DNA from: Squalus acanthias
Lineage: Eukaryota
Direction: 5' to 3'
DNA length: 64,000 bases
NCBI GenBank assembly: GCA_030390025.1
Contig: JASTWF010000353.1
Span: 186,001-250,000, forward strand
How positions within the stretch are numbered: the first letter of the stretch is position 1; every line of letters starts with the position of its first letter. Of this stretch, positions 30,001-45,000 are shown piece by piece. The translations under genes and the position numbers were made by a program. Under the pieces are notes generated by a model, which was not told the DNA's origin, made no database searches, and saw only the letters and a program-made list of their open reading frames with translations.

Positions 30001-33000
30001 GAGATACTGGGACAGACTGTGAGATACTGGGACAGACTGTGAGATACTGGGACAGACTGTGAGATACTGGGACAGACTGTGAGATACTGGGACAGACTGT
30101 GAGATACTGGGACAGACTGTGAGATACTGGGACAGACTGTGAGATACTGGGACAGACTGTGAGATACTGGGACAGACTGTGAGATACTGGGACAGACTGT
30201 GAGATACTGGGACAGACTGTGAGATACTGGGACAGACTGTGAGATACTGGGACAGACTGTGAGATACTGGGACAGACTGTGAGATACTGGGACAGACTGT
30301 GAGATACTGGGACAGACTGTGAGATACTGGGACAGACTGTGAGATACTGGGACAGACTGTGAGATACTGGGACAGACTGTGAGATACTGGGACAGACTGT
30401 GAGATACTGGGACAGACTGTGAGATACTGGGACAGACTGTGAGATACTGGGACAGACTGTGAGATACTGGGACAGACTGTGAGATACTGGGACAGACTGT
30501 GAGATACTGGGACAGACTGTGAGATACTGGGACAGACTGTGAGATACTGGGACAGACTGTGAGATACTGGGACAGACTGTGAGATACTGGGACAGACTGT
30601 GAGATACTGGGACAGACTGTGAGATACTGGGACAGACTGTGAGATACTGGGACAGACTGTGAGATACTGGGACAGACTGTGAGATACTGGGACAGACTGT
30701 GAGATACTGGGACAGACTGTGAGATACTGGGACAGACTGTGAGATACTGGGACAGACTGTGAGATACTGGGACAGACTGTGAGATACTGGGACAGACTGT
30801 GAGATACTGGGACAGACTGTGAGATACTGGGACAGACTGTGAGATACTGGGACAGACTGTGAGATACTGGGACAGACTGTGAGATACTGGGACAGACTGT
30901 GAGATACTGGGACAGACTGTGAGATACTGGGACAGACTGTGAGATACTGGGACAGACTGTGAGATACTGGGACAGACTGTGAGATACTGGGACAGACTGT
31001 GAGATACTGGGACAGACTGTGAGATACTGGGACAGACTGTGAGATACTGGGACAGACTGTGAGATACTGGGACAGACTGTGAGATACTGGGACAGACTGT
31101 GAGATACTGGGACAGACTGTGAGATACTGGGACAGACTGTGAGATACTGGGACAGACTGTGAGATACTGGGACAGACTGTGAGATACTGGGACAGACTGT
31201 GAGATACTGGGACAGACTGTGAGATACTGGGACAGACTGTGAGATACTGGGACAGACTGTGAGATACTGGGACAGACTGTGAGATACTGGGACAGACTGT
31301 GAGATACTGGGACAGACTGTGAGATACTGGGACAGACTGTGAGATACTGGGACAGACTGTGAGATACTGGGACAGACTGTGAGATACTGGGACAGACTGT
31401 GAGATACTGGGACAGACTGTGAGATACTGGGACAGACTGTGAGATACTGGGACAGACTGTGAGATACTGGGACAGACTGTGAGATACTGGGACAGACTGT
31501 GAGATACTGGGACAGACTGTGAGATACTGGGACAGACTGTGAGATACTGGGACAGACTGTGAGATACTGGGACAGACTGTGAGATACTGGGACAGACTGT
31601 GAGATACTGGGACAGACTGTGAGATACTGGGACAGACTGTGAGATACTGGGACAGACTGTGAGATACTGGGACAGACTGTGAGATACTGGGACAGACTGT
31701 GAGATACTGGGACAGACTGTGAGATACTGGGACAGACTGTGAGATACTGGGACAGACTGTGAGATACTGGGACAGACTGTGAGATACTGGGACAGACTGT
31801 GAGATACTGGGACAGACTGTGAGATACTGGGACAGACTGTGAGATACTGGGACAGACTGTGAGATACTGGGACAGACTGTGAGATACTGGGACAGACTGT
31901 GAGATACTGGGACAGACTGTGAGATACTGGGACAGACTGTGAGATACTGGGACAGACTGTGAGATACTGGGACAGACTGTGAGATACTGGGACAGACTGT
32001 GAGATACTGGGACAGACTGTGAGATACTGGGACAGACTGTGAGATACTGGGACAGACTGTGAGATACTGGGACAGACTGTGAGATACTGGGACAGACTGT
32101 GAGATACTGGGACAGACTGTGAGATACTGGGACAGACTGTGAGATACTGGGACAGACTGTGAGATACTGGGACAGACTGTGAGATACTGGGACAGACTGT
32201 GAGATACTGGGACAGACTGTGAGATACTGGGACAGACTGTGAGATACTGGGACAGACTGTGAGATACTGGGACAGACTGTGAGATACTGGGACAGACTGT
32301 GAGATACTGGGACAGACTGTGAGATACTGGGACAGACTGTGAGATACTGGGACAGACTGTGAGATACTGGGACAGACTGTGAGATACTGGGACAGACTGT
32401 GAGATACTGGGACAGACTGTGAGATACTGGGACAGACTGTGAGATACTGGGACAGACTGTGAGATACTGGGACAGACTGTGAGATACTGGGACAGACTGT
32501 GAGATACTGGGACAGACTGTGAGATACTGGGACAGACTGTGAGATACTGGGACAGACTGTGAGATACTGGGACAGACTGTGAGATACTGGGACAGACTGT
32601 GAGATACTGGGACAGACTGTGAGATACTGGGACAGACTGTGAGATACTGGGACAGACTGTGAGATACTGGGACAGACTGTGAGATACTGGGACAGACTGT
32701 GAGATACTGGGACAGACTGTGAGATACTGGGACAGACTGTGAGATACTGGGACAGACTGTGAGATACTGGGACAGACTGTGAGATACTGGGACAGACTGT
32801 GAGATACTGGGACAGACTGTGAGATACTGGGACAGACTGTGAGATACTGGGACAGACTGTGAGATACTGGGACAGACTGTGAGATACTGGGACAGACTGT
32901 GAGATACTGGGACAGACTGTGAGATACTGGGACAGACTGTGAGATACTGGGACAGACTGTGAGATACTGGGACAGACTGTGAGATACTGGGACAGACTGT

Positions 33001-36000
33001 GAGATACTGGGACAGACTGTGAGATACTGGGACAGACTGTGAGATACTGGGACAGACTGTGAGATACTGGGACAGACTGTGAGATACTGGGACAGACTGT
33101 GAGATACTGGGACAGACTGTGAGATACTGGGACAGACTGTGAGATACTGGGACAGACTGTGAGATACTGGGACAGACTGTGAGATACTGGGACAGACTGT
33201 GAGATACTGGGACAGACTGTGAGATACTGGGACAGACTGTGAGATACTGGGACAGACTGTGAGATACTGGGACAGACTGTGAGATACTGGGACAGACTGT
33301 GAGATACTGGGACAGACTGTGAGATACTGGGACAGACTGTGAGATACTGGGACAGACTGTGAGATACTGGGACAGACTGTGAGATACTGGGACAGACTGT
33401 GAGATACTGGGACAGACTGTGAGATACTGGGACAGACTGTGAGATACTGGGACAGACTGTGAGATACTGGGACAGACTGTGAGATACTGGGACAGACTGT
33501 GAGATACTGGGACAGACTGTGAGATACTGGGACAGACTGTGAGATACTGGGACAGACTGTGAGATACTGGGACAGACTGTGAGATACTGGGACAGACTGT
33601 GAGATACTGGGACAGACTGTGAGATACTGGGACAGACTGTGAGATACTGGGACAGACTGTGAGATACTGGGACAGACTGTGAGATACTGGGACAGACTGT
33701 GAGATACTGGGACAGACTGTGAGATACTGGGACAGACTGTGAGATACTGGGACAGACTGTGAGATACTGGGACAGACTGTGAGATACTGGGACAGACTGT
33801 GAGATACTGGGACAGACTGTGAGATACTGGGACAGACTGTGAGATACTGGGACAGACTGTGAGATACTGGGACAGACTGTGAGATACTGGGACAGACTGT
33901 GAGATACTGGGACAGACTGTGAGATACTGGGACAGACTGTGAGATACTGGGACAGACTGTGAGATACTGGGACAGACTGTGAGATACTGGGACAGACTGT
34001 GAGATACTGGGACAGACTGTGAGATACTGGGACAGACTGTGAGATACTGGGACAGACTGTGAGATACTGGGACAGACTGTGAGATACTGGGACAGACTGT
34101 GAGATACTGGGACAGACTGTGAGATACTGGGACAGACTGTGAGATACTGGGACAGACTGTGAGATACTGGGACAGACTGTGAGATACTGGGACAGACTGT
34201 GAGATACTGGGACAGACTGTGAGATACTGGGACAGACTGTGAGATACTGGGACAGACTGTGAGATACTGGGACAGACTGTGAGATACTGGGACAGACTGT
34301 GAGATACTGGGACAGACTGTGAGATACTGGGACAGACTGTGAGATACTGGGACAGACTGTGAGATACTGGGACAGACTGTGAGATACTGGGACAGACTGT
34401 GAGATACTGGGACAGACTGTGAGATACTGGGACAGACTGTGAGATACTGGGACAGACTGTGAGATACTGGGACAGACTGTGAGATACTGGGACAGACTGT
34501 GAGATACTGGGACAGACTGTGAGATACTGGGACAGACTGTGAGATACTGGGACAGACTGTGAGATACTGGGACAGACTGTGAGATACTGGGACAGACTGT
34601 GAGATACTGGGACAGACTGTGAGATACTGGGACAGACTGTGAGATACTGGGACAGACTGTGAGATACTGGGACAGACTGTGAGATACTGGGACAGACTGT
34701 GAGATACTGGGACAGACTGTGAGATACTGGGACAGACTGTGAGATACTGGGACAGACTGTGAGATACTGGGACAGACTGTGAGATACTGGGACAGACTGT
34801 GAGATACTGGGACAGACTGTGAGATACTGGGACAGACTGTGAGATACTGGGACAGACTGTGAGATACTGGGACAGACTGTGAGATACTGGGACAGACTGT
34901 GAGATACTGGGACAGACTGTGAGATACTGGGACAGACTGTGAGATACTGGGACAGACTGTGAGATACTGGGACAGACTGTGAGATACTGGGACAGACTGT
35001 GAGATACTGGGACAGACTGTGAGATACTGGGACAGACTGTGAGATACTGGGACAGACTGTGAGATACTGGGACAGACTGTGAGATACTGGGACAGACTGT
35101 GAGATACTGGGACAGACTGTGAGATACTGGGACAGACTGTGAGATACTGGGACAGACTGTGAGATACTGGGACAGACTGTGAGATACTGGGACAGACTGT
35201 GAGATACTGGGACAGACTGTGAGATACTGGGACAGACTGTGAGATACTGGGACAGACTGTGAGATACTGGGACAGACTGTGAGATACTGGGACAGACTGT
35301 GAGATACTGGGACAGACTGTGAGATACTGGGACAGACTGTGAGATACTGGGACAGACTGTGAGATACTGGGACAGACTGTGAGATACTGGGACAGACTGT
35401 GAGATACTGGGACAGACTGTGAGATACTGGGACAGACTGTGAGATACTGGGACAGACTGTGAGATACTGGGACAGACTGTGAGATACTGGGACAGACTGT
35501 GAGATACTGGGACAGACTGTGAGATACTGGGACAGACTGTGAGATACTGGGACAGACTGTGAGATACTGGGACAGACTGTGAGATACTGGGACAGACTGT
35601 GAGATACTGGGACAGACTGTGAGATACTGGGACAGACTGTGAGATACTGGGACAGACTGTGAGATACTGGGACAGACTGTGAGATACTGGGACAGACTGT
35701 GAGATACTGGGACAGACTGTGAGATACTGGGACAGACTGTGAGATACTGGGACAGACTGTGAGATACTGGGACAGACTGTGAGATACTGGGACAGACTGT
35801 GAGATACTGGGACAGACTGTGAGATACTGGGACAGACTGTGAGATACTGGGACAGACTGTGAGATACTGGGACAGACTGTGAGATACTGGGACAGACTGT
35901 GAGATACTGGGACAGACTGTGAGATACTGGGACAGACTGTGAGATACTGGGACAGACTGTGAGATACTGGGACAGACTGTGAGATACTGGGACAGACTGT

Positions 36001-39000
36001 GAGATACTGGGACAGACTGTGAGATACTGGGACAGACTGTGAGATACTGGGACAGACTGTGAGATACTGGGACAGACTGTGAGATACTGGGACAGACTGT
36101 GAGATACTGGGACAGACTGTGAGATACTGGGACAGACTGTGAGATACTGGGACAGACTGTGAGATACTGGGACAGACTGTGAGATACTGGGACAGACTGT
36201 GAGATACTGGGACAGACTGTGAGATACTGGGACAGACTGTGAGATACTGGGACAGACTGTGAGATACTGGGACAGACTGTGAGATACTGGGACAGACTGT
36301 GAGATACTGGGACAGACTGTGAGATACTGGGACAGACTGTGAGATACTGGGACAGACTGTGAGATACTGGGACAGACTGTGAGATACTGGGACAGACTGT
36401 GAGATACTGGGACAGACTGTGAGATACTGGGACAGACTGTGAGATACTGGGACAGACTGTGAGATACTGGGACAGACTGTGAGATACTGGGACAGACTGT
36501 GAGATACTGGGACAGACTGTGAGATACTGGGACAGACTGTGAGATACTGGGACAGACTGTGAGATACTGGGACAGACTGTGAGATACTGGGACAGACTGT
36601 GAGATACTGGGACAGACTGTGAGATACTGGGACAGACTGTGAGATACTGGGACAGACTGTGAGATACTGGGACAGACTGTGAGATACTGGGACAGACTGT
36701 GAGATACTGGGACAGACTGTGAGATACTGGGACAGACTGTGAGATACTGGGACAGACTGTGAGATACTGGGACAGACTGTGAGATACTGGGACAGACTGT
36801 GAGATACTGGGACAGACTGTGAGATACTGGGACAGACTGTGAGATACTGGGACAGACTGTGAGATACTGGGACAGACTGTGAGATACTGGGACAGACTGT
36901 GAGATACTGGGACAGACTGTGAGATACTGGGACAGACTGTGAGATACTGGGACAGACTGTGAGATACTGGGACAGACTGTGAGATACTGGGACAGACTGT
37001 GAGATACTGGGACAGACTGTGAGATACTGGGACAGACTGTGAGATACTGGGACAGACTGTGAGATACTGGGACAGACTGTGAGATACTGGGACAGACTGT
37101 GAGATACTGGGACAGACTGTGAGATACTGGGACAGACTGTGAGATACTGGGACAGACTGTGAGATACTGGGACAGACTGTGAGATACTGGGACAGACTGT
37201 GAGATACTGGGACAGACTGTGAGATACTGGGACAGACTGTGAGATACTGGGACAGACTGTGAGATACTGGGACAGACTGTGAGATACTGGGACAGACTGT
37301 GAGATACTGGGACAGACTGTGAGATACTGGGACAGACTGTGAGATACTGGGACAGACTGTGAGATACTGGGACAGACTGTGAGATACTGGGACAGACTGT
37401 GAGATACTGGGACAGACTGTGAGATACTGGGACAGACTGTGAGATACTGGGACAGACTGTGAGATACTGGGACAGACTGTGAGATACTGGGACAGACTGT
37501 GAGATACTGGGACAGACTGTGAGATACTGGGACAGACTGTGAGATACTGGGACAGACTGTGAGATACTGGGACAGACTGTGAGATACTGGGACAGACTGT
37601 GAGATACTGGGACAGACTGTGAGATACTGGGACAGACTGTGAGATACTGGGACAGACTGTGAGATACTGGGACAGACTGTGAGATACTGGGACAGACTGT
37701 GAGATACTGGGACAGACTGTGAGATACTGGGACAGACTGTGAGATACTGGGACAGACTGTGAGATACTGGGACAGACTGTGAGATACTGGGACAGACTGT
37801 GAGATACTGGGACAGACTGTGAGATACTGGGACAGACTGTGAGATACTGGGACAGACTGTGAGATACTGGGACAGACTGTGAGATACTGGGACAGACTGT
37901 GAGATACTGGGACAGACTGTGAGATACTGGGACAGACTGTGAGATACTGGGACAGACTGTGAGATACTGGGACAGACTGTGAGATACTGGGACAGACTGT
38001 GAGATACTGGGACAGACTGTGAGATACTGGGACAGACTGTGAGATACTGGGACAGACTGTGAGATACTGGGACAGACTGTGAGATACTGGGACAGACTGT
38101 GAGATACTGGGACAGACTGTGAGATACTGGGACAGACTGTGAGATACTGGGACAGACTGTGAGATACTGGGACAGACTGTGAGATACTGGGACAGACTGT
38201 GAGATACTGGGACAGACTGTGAGATACTGGGACAGACTGTGAGATACTGGGACAGACTGTGAGATACTGGGACAGACTGTGAGATACTGGGACAGACTGT
38301 GAGATACTGGGACAGACTGTGAGATACTGGGACAGACTGTGAGATACTGGGACAGACTGTGAGATACTGGGACAGACTGTGAGATACTGGGACAGACTGT
38401 GAGATACTGGGACAGACTGTGAGATACTGGGACAGACTGTGAGATACTGGGACAGACTGTGAGATACTGGGACAGACTGTGAGATACTGGGACAGACTGT
38501 GAGATACTGGGACAGACTGTGAGATACTGGGACAGACTGTGAGATACTGGGACAGACTGTGAGATACTGGGACAGACTGTGAGATACTGGGACAGACTGT
38601 GAGATACTGGGACAGACTGTGAGATACTGGGACAGACTGTGAGATACTGGGACAGACTGTGAGATACTGGGACAGACTGTGAGATACTGGGACAGACTGT
38701 GAGATACTGGGACAGACTGTGAGATACTGGGACAGACTGTGAGATACTGGGACAGACTGTGAGATACTGGGACAGACTGTGAGATACTGGGACAGACTGT
38801 GAGATACTGGGACAGACTGTGAGATACTGGGACAGACTGTGAGATACTGGGACAGACTGTGAGATACTGGGACAGACTGTGAGATACTGGGACAGACTGT
38901 GAGATACTGGGACAGACTGTGAGATACTGGGACAGACTGTGAGATACTGGGACAGACTGTGAGATACTGGGACAGACTGTGAGATACTGGGACAGACTGT

Positions 39001-42000
39001 GAGATACTGGGACAGACTGTGAGATACTGGGACAGACTGTGAGATACTGGGACAGACTGTGAGATACTGGGACAGACTGTGAGATACTGGGACAGACTGT
39101 GAGATACTGGGACAGACTGTGAGATACTGGGACAGACTGTGAGATACTGGGACAGACTGTGAGATACTGGGACAGACTGTGAGATACTGGGACAGACTGT
39201 GAGATACTGGGACAGACTGTGAGATACTGGGACAGACTGTGAGATACTGGGACAGACTGTGAGATACTGGGACAGACTGTGAGATACTGGGACAGACTGT
39301 GAGATACTGGGACAGACTGTGAGATACTGGGACAGACTGTGAGATACTGGGACAGACTGTGAGATACTGGGACAGACTGTGAGATACTGGGACAGACTGT
39401 GAGATACTGGGACAGACTGTGAGATACTGGGACAGACTGTGAGATACTGGGACAGACTGTGAGATACTGGGACAGACTGTGAGATACTGGGACAGACTGT
39501 GAGATACTGGGACAGACTGTGAGATACTGGGACAGACTGTGAGATACTGGGACAGACTGTGAGATACTGGGACAGACTGTGAGATACTGGGACAGACTGT
39601 GAGATACTGGGACAGACTGTGAGATACTGGGACAGACTGTGAGATACTGGGACAGACTGTGAGATACTGGGACAGACTGTGAGATACTGGGACAGACTGT
39701 GAGATACTGGGACAGACTGTGAGATACTGGGACAGACTGTGAGATACTGGGACAGACTGTGAGATACTGGGACAGACTGTGAGATACTGGGACAGACTGT
39801 GAGATACTGGGACAGACTGTGAGATACTGGGACAGACTGTGAGATACTGGGACAGACTGTGAGATACTGGGACAGACTGTGAGATACTGGGACAGACTGT
39901 GAGATACTGGGACAGACTGTGAGATACTGGGACAGACTGTGAGATACTGGGACAGACTGTGAGATACTGGGACAGACTGTGAGATACTGGGACAGACTGT
40001 GAGATACTGGGACAGACTGTGAGATACTGGGACAGACTGTGAGATACTGGGACAGACTGTGAGATACTGGGACAGACTGTGAGATACTGGGACAGACTGT
40101 GAGATACTGGGACAGACTGTGAGATACTGGGACAGACTGTGAGATACTGGGACAGACTGTGAGATACTGGGACAGACTGTGAGATACTGGGACAGACTGT
40201 GAGATACTGGGACAGACTGTGAGATACTGGGACAGACTGTGAGATACTGGGACAGACTGTGAGATACTGGGACAGACTGTGAGATACTGGGACAGACTGT
40301 GAGATACTGGGACAGACTGTGAGATACTGGGACAGACTGTGAGATACTGGGACAGACTGTGAGATACTGGGACAGACTGTGAGATACTGGGACAGACTGT
40401 GAGATACTGGGACAGACTGTGAGATACTGGGACAGACTGTGAGATACTGGGACAGACTGTGAGATACTGGGACAGACTGTGAGATACTGGGACAGACTGT
40501 GAGATACTGGGACAGACTGTGAGATACTGGGACAGACTGTGAGATACTGGGACAGACTGTGAGATACTGGGACAGACTGTGAGATACTGGGACAGACTGT
40601 GAGATACTGGGACAGACTGTGAGATACTGGGACAGACTGTGAGATACTGGGACAGACTGTGAGATACTGGGACAGACTGTGAGATACTGGGACAGACTGT
40701 GAGATACTGGGACAGACTGTGAGATACTGGGACAGACTGTGAGATACTGGGACAGACTGTGAGATACTGGGACAGACTGTGAGATACTGGGACAGACTGT
40801 GAGATACTGGGACAGACTGTGAGATACTGGGACAGACTGTGAGATACTGGGACAGACTGTGAGATACTGGGACAGACTGTGAGATACTGGGACAGACTGT
40901 GAGATACTGGGACAGACTGTGAGATACTGGGACAGACTGTGAGATACTGGGACAGACTGTGAGATACTGGGACAGACTGTGAGATACTGGGACAGACTGT
41001 GAGATACTGGGACAGACTGTGAGATACTGGGACAGACTGTGAGATACTGGGACAGACTGTGAGATACTGGGACAGACTGTGAGATACTGGGACAGACTGT
41101 GAGATACTGGGACAGACTGTGAGATACTGGGACAGACTGTGAGATACTGGGACAGACTGTGAGATACTGGGACAGACTGTGAGATACTGGGACAGACTGT
41201 GAGATACTGGGACAGACTGTGAGATACTGGGACAGACTGTGAGATACTGGGACAGACTGTGAGATACTGGGACAGACTGTGAGATACTGGGACAGACTGT
41301 GAGATACTGGGACAGACTGTGAGATACTGGGACAGACTGTGAGATACTGGGACAGACTGTGAGATACTGGGACAGACTGTGAGATACTGGGACAGACTGT
41401 GAGATACTGGGACAGACTGTGAGATACTGGGACAGACTGTGAGATACTGGGACAGACTGTGAGATACTGGGACAGACTGTGAGATACTGGGACAGACTGT
41501 GAGATACTGGGACAGACTGTGAGATACTGGGACAGACTGTGAGATACTGGGACAGACTGTGAGATACTGGGACAGACTGTGAGATACTGGGACAGACTGT
41601 GAGATACTGGGACAGACTGTGAGATACTGGGACAGACTGTGAGATACTGGGACAGACTGTGAGATACTGGGACAGACTGTGAGATACTGGGACAGACTGT
41701 GAGATACTGGGACAGACTGTGAGATACTGGGACAGACTGTGAGATACTGGGACAGACTGTGAGATACTGGGACAGACTGTGAGATACTGGGACAGACTGT
41801 GAGATACTGGGACAGACTGTGAGATACTGGGACAGACTGTGAGATACTGGGACAGACTGTGAGATACTGGGACAGACTGTGAGATACTGGGACAGACTGT
41901 GAGATACTGGGACAGACTGTGAGATACTGGGACAGACTGTGAGATACTGGGACAGACTGTGAGATACTGGGACAGACTGTGAGATACTGGGACAGACTGT

Positions 42001-45000
42001 GAGATACTGGGACAGACTGTGAGATACTGGGACAGACTGTGAGATACTGGGACAGACTGTGAGATACTGGGACAGACTGTGAGATACTGGGACAGACTGT
42101 GAGATACTGGGACAGACTGTGAGATACTGGGACAGACTGTGAGATACTGGGACAGACTGTGAGATACTGGGACAGACTGTGAGATACTGGGACAGACTGT
42201 GAGATACTGGGACAGACTGTGAGATACTGGGACAGACTGTGAGATACTGGGACAGACTGTGAGATACTGGGACAGACTGTGAGATACTGGGACAGACTGT
42301 GAGATACTGGGACAGACTGTGAGATACTGGGACAGACTGTGAGATACTGGGACAGACTGTGAGATACTGGGACAGACTGTGAGATACTGGGACAGACTGT
42401 GAGATACTGGGACAGACTGTGAGATACTGGGACAGACTGTGAGATACTGGGACAGACTGTGAGATACTGGGACAGACTGTGAGATACTGGGACAGACTGT
42501 GAGATACTGGGACAGACTGTGAGATACTGGGACAGACTGTGAGATACTGGGACAGACTGTGAGATACTGGGACAGACTGTGAGATACTGGGACAGACTGT
42601 GAGATACTGGGACAGACTGTGAGATACTGGGACAGACTGTGAGATACTGGGACAGACTGTGAGATACTGGGACAGACTGTGAGATACTGGGACAGACTGT
42701 GAGATACTGGGACAGACTGTGAGATACTGGGACAGACTGTGAGATACTGGGACAGACTGTGAGATACTGGGACAGACTGTGAGATACTGGGACAGACTGT
42801 GAGATACTGGGACAGACTGTGAGATACTGGGACAGACTGTGAGATACTGGGACAGACTGTGAGATACTGGGACAGACTGTGAGATACTGGGACAGACTGT
42901 GAGATACTGGGACAGACTGTGAGATACTGGGACAGACTGTGAGATACTGGGACAGACTGTGAGATACTGGGACAGACTGTGAGATACTGGGACAGACTGT
43001 GAGATACTGGGACAGACTGTGAGATACTGGGACAGACTGTGAGATACTGGGACAGACTGTGAGATACTGGGACAGACTGTGAGATACTGGGACAGACTGT
43101 GAGATACTGGGACAGACTGTGAGATACTGGGACAGACTGTGAGATACTGGGACAGACTGTGAGATACTGGGACAGACTGTGAGATACTGGGACAGACTGT
43201 GAGATACTGGGACAGACTGTGAGATACTGGGACAGACTGTGAGATACTGGGACAGACTGTGAGATACTGGGACAGACTGTGAGATACTGGGACAGACTGT
43301 GAGATACTGGGACAGACTGTGAGATACTGGGACAGACTGTGAGATACTGGGACAGACTGTGAGATACTGGGACAGACTGTGAGATACTGGGACAGACTGT
43401 GAGATACTGGGACAGACTGTGAGATACTGGGACAGACTGTGAGATACTGGGACAGACTGTGAGATACTGGGACAGACTGTGAGATACTGGGACAGACTGT
43501 GAGATACTGGGACAGACTGTGAGATACTGGGACAGACTGTGAGATACTGGGACAGACTGTGAGATACTGGGACAGACTGTGAGATACTGGGACAGACTGT
43601 GAGATACTGGGACAGACTGTGAGATACTGGGACAGACTGTGAGATACTGGGACAGACTGTGAGATACTGGGACAGACTGTGAGATACTGGGACAGACTGT
43701 GAGATACTGGGACAGACTGTGAGATACTGGGACAGACTGTGAGATACTGGGACAGACTGTGAGATACTGGGACAGACTGTGAGATACTGGGACAGACTGT
43801 GAGATACTGGGACAGACTGTGAGATACTGGGACAGACTGTGAGATACTGGGACAGACTGTGAGATACTGGGACAGACTGTGAGATACTGGGACAGACTGT
43901 GAGATACTGGGACAGACTGTGAGATACTGGGACAGACTGTGAGATACTGGGACAGACTGTGAGATACTGGGACAGACTGTGAGATACTGGGACAGACTGT
44001 GAGATACTGGGACAGACTGTGAGATACTGGGACAGACTGTGAGATACTGGGACAGACTGTGAGATACTGGGACAGACTGTGAGATACTGGGACAGACTGT
44101 GAGATACTGGGACAGACTGTGAGATACTGGGACAGACTGTGAGATACTGGGACAGACTGTGAGATACTGGGACAGACTGTGAGATACTGGGACAGACTGT
44201 GAGATACTGGGACAGACTGTGAGATACTGGGACAGACTGTGAGATACTGGGACAGACTGTGAGATACTGGGACAGACTGTGAGATACTGGGACAGACTGT
44301 GAGATACTGGGACAGACTGTGAGATACTGGGACAGACTGTGAGATACTGGGACAGACTGTGAGATACTGGGACAGACTGTGAGATACTGGGACAGACTGT
44401 GAGATACTGGGACAGACTGTGAGATACTGGGACAGACTGTGAGATACTGGGACAGACTGTGAGATACTGGGACAGACTGTGAGATACTGGGACAGACTGT
44501 GAGATACTGGGACAGACTGTGAGATACTGGGACAGACTGTGAGATACTGGGACAGACTGTGAGATACTGGGACAGACTGTGAGATACTGGGACAGACTGT
44601 GAGATACTGGGACAGACTGTGAGATACTGGGACAGACTGTGAGATACTGGGACAGACTGTGAGATACTGGGACAGACTGTGAGATACTGGGACAGACTGT
44701 GAGATACTGGGACAGACTGTGAGATACTGGGACAGACTGTGAGATACTGGGACAGACTGTGAGATACTGGGACAGACTGTGAGATACTGGGACAGACTGT
44801 GAGATACTGGGACAGACTGTGAGATACTGGGACAGACTGTGAGATACTGGGACAGACTGTGAGATACTGGGACAGACTGTGAGATACTGGGACAGACTGT
44901 GAGATACTGGGACAGACTGTGAGATACTGGGACAGACTGTGAGATACTGGGACAGACTGTGAGATACTGGGACAGACTGTGAGATACTGGGACAGACTGT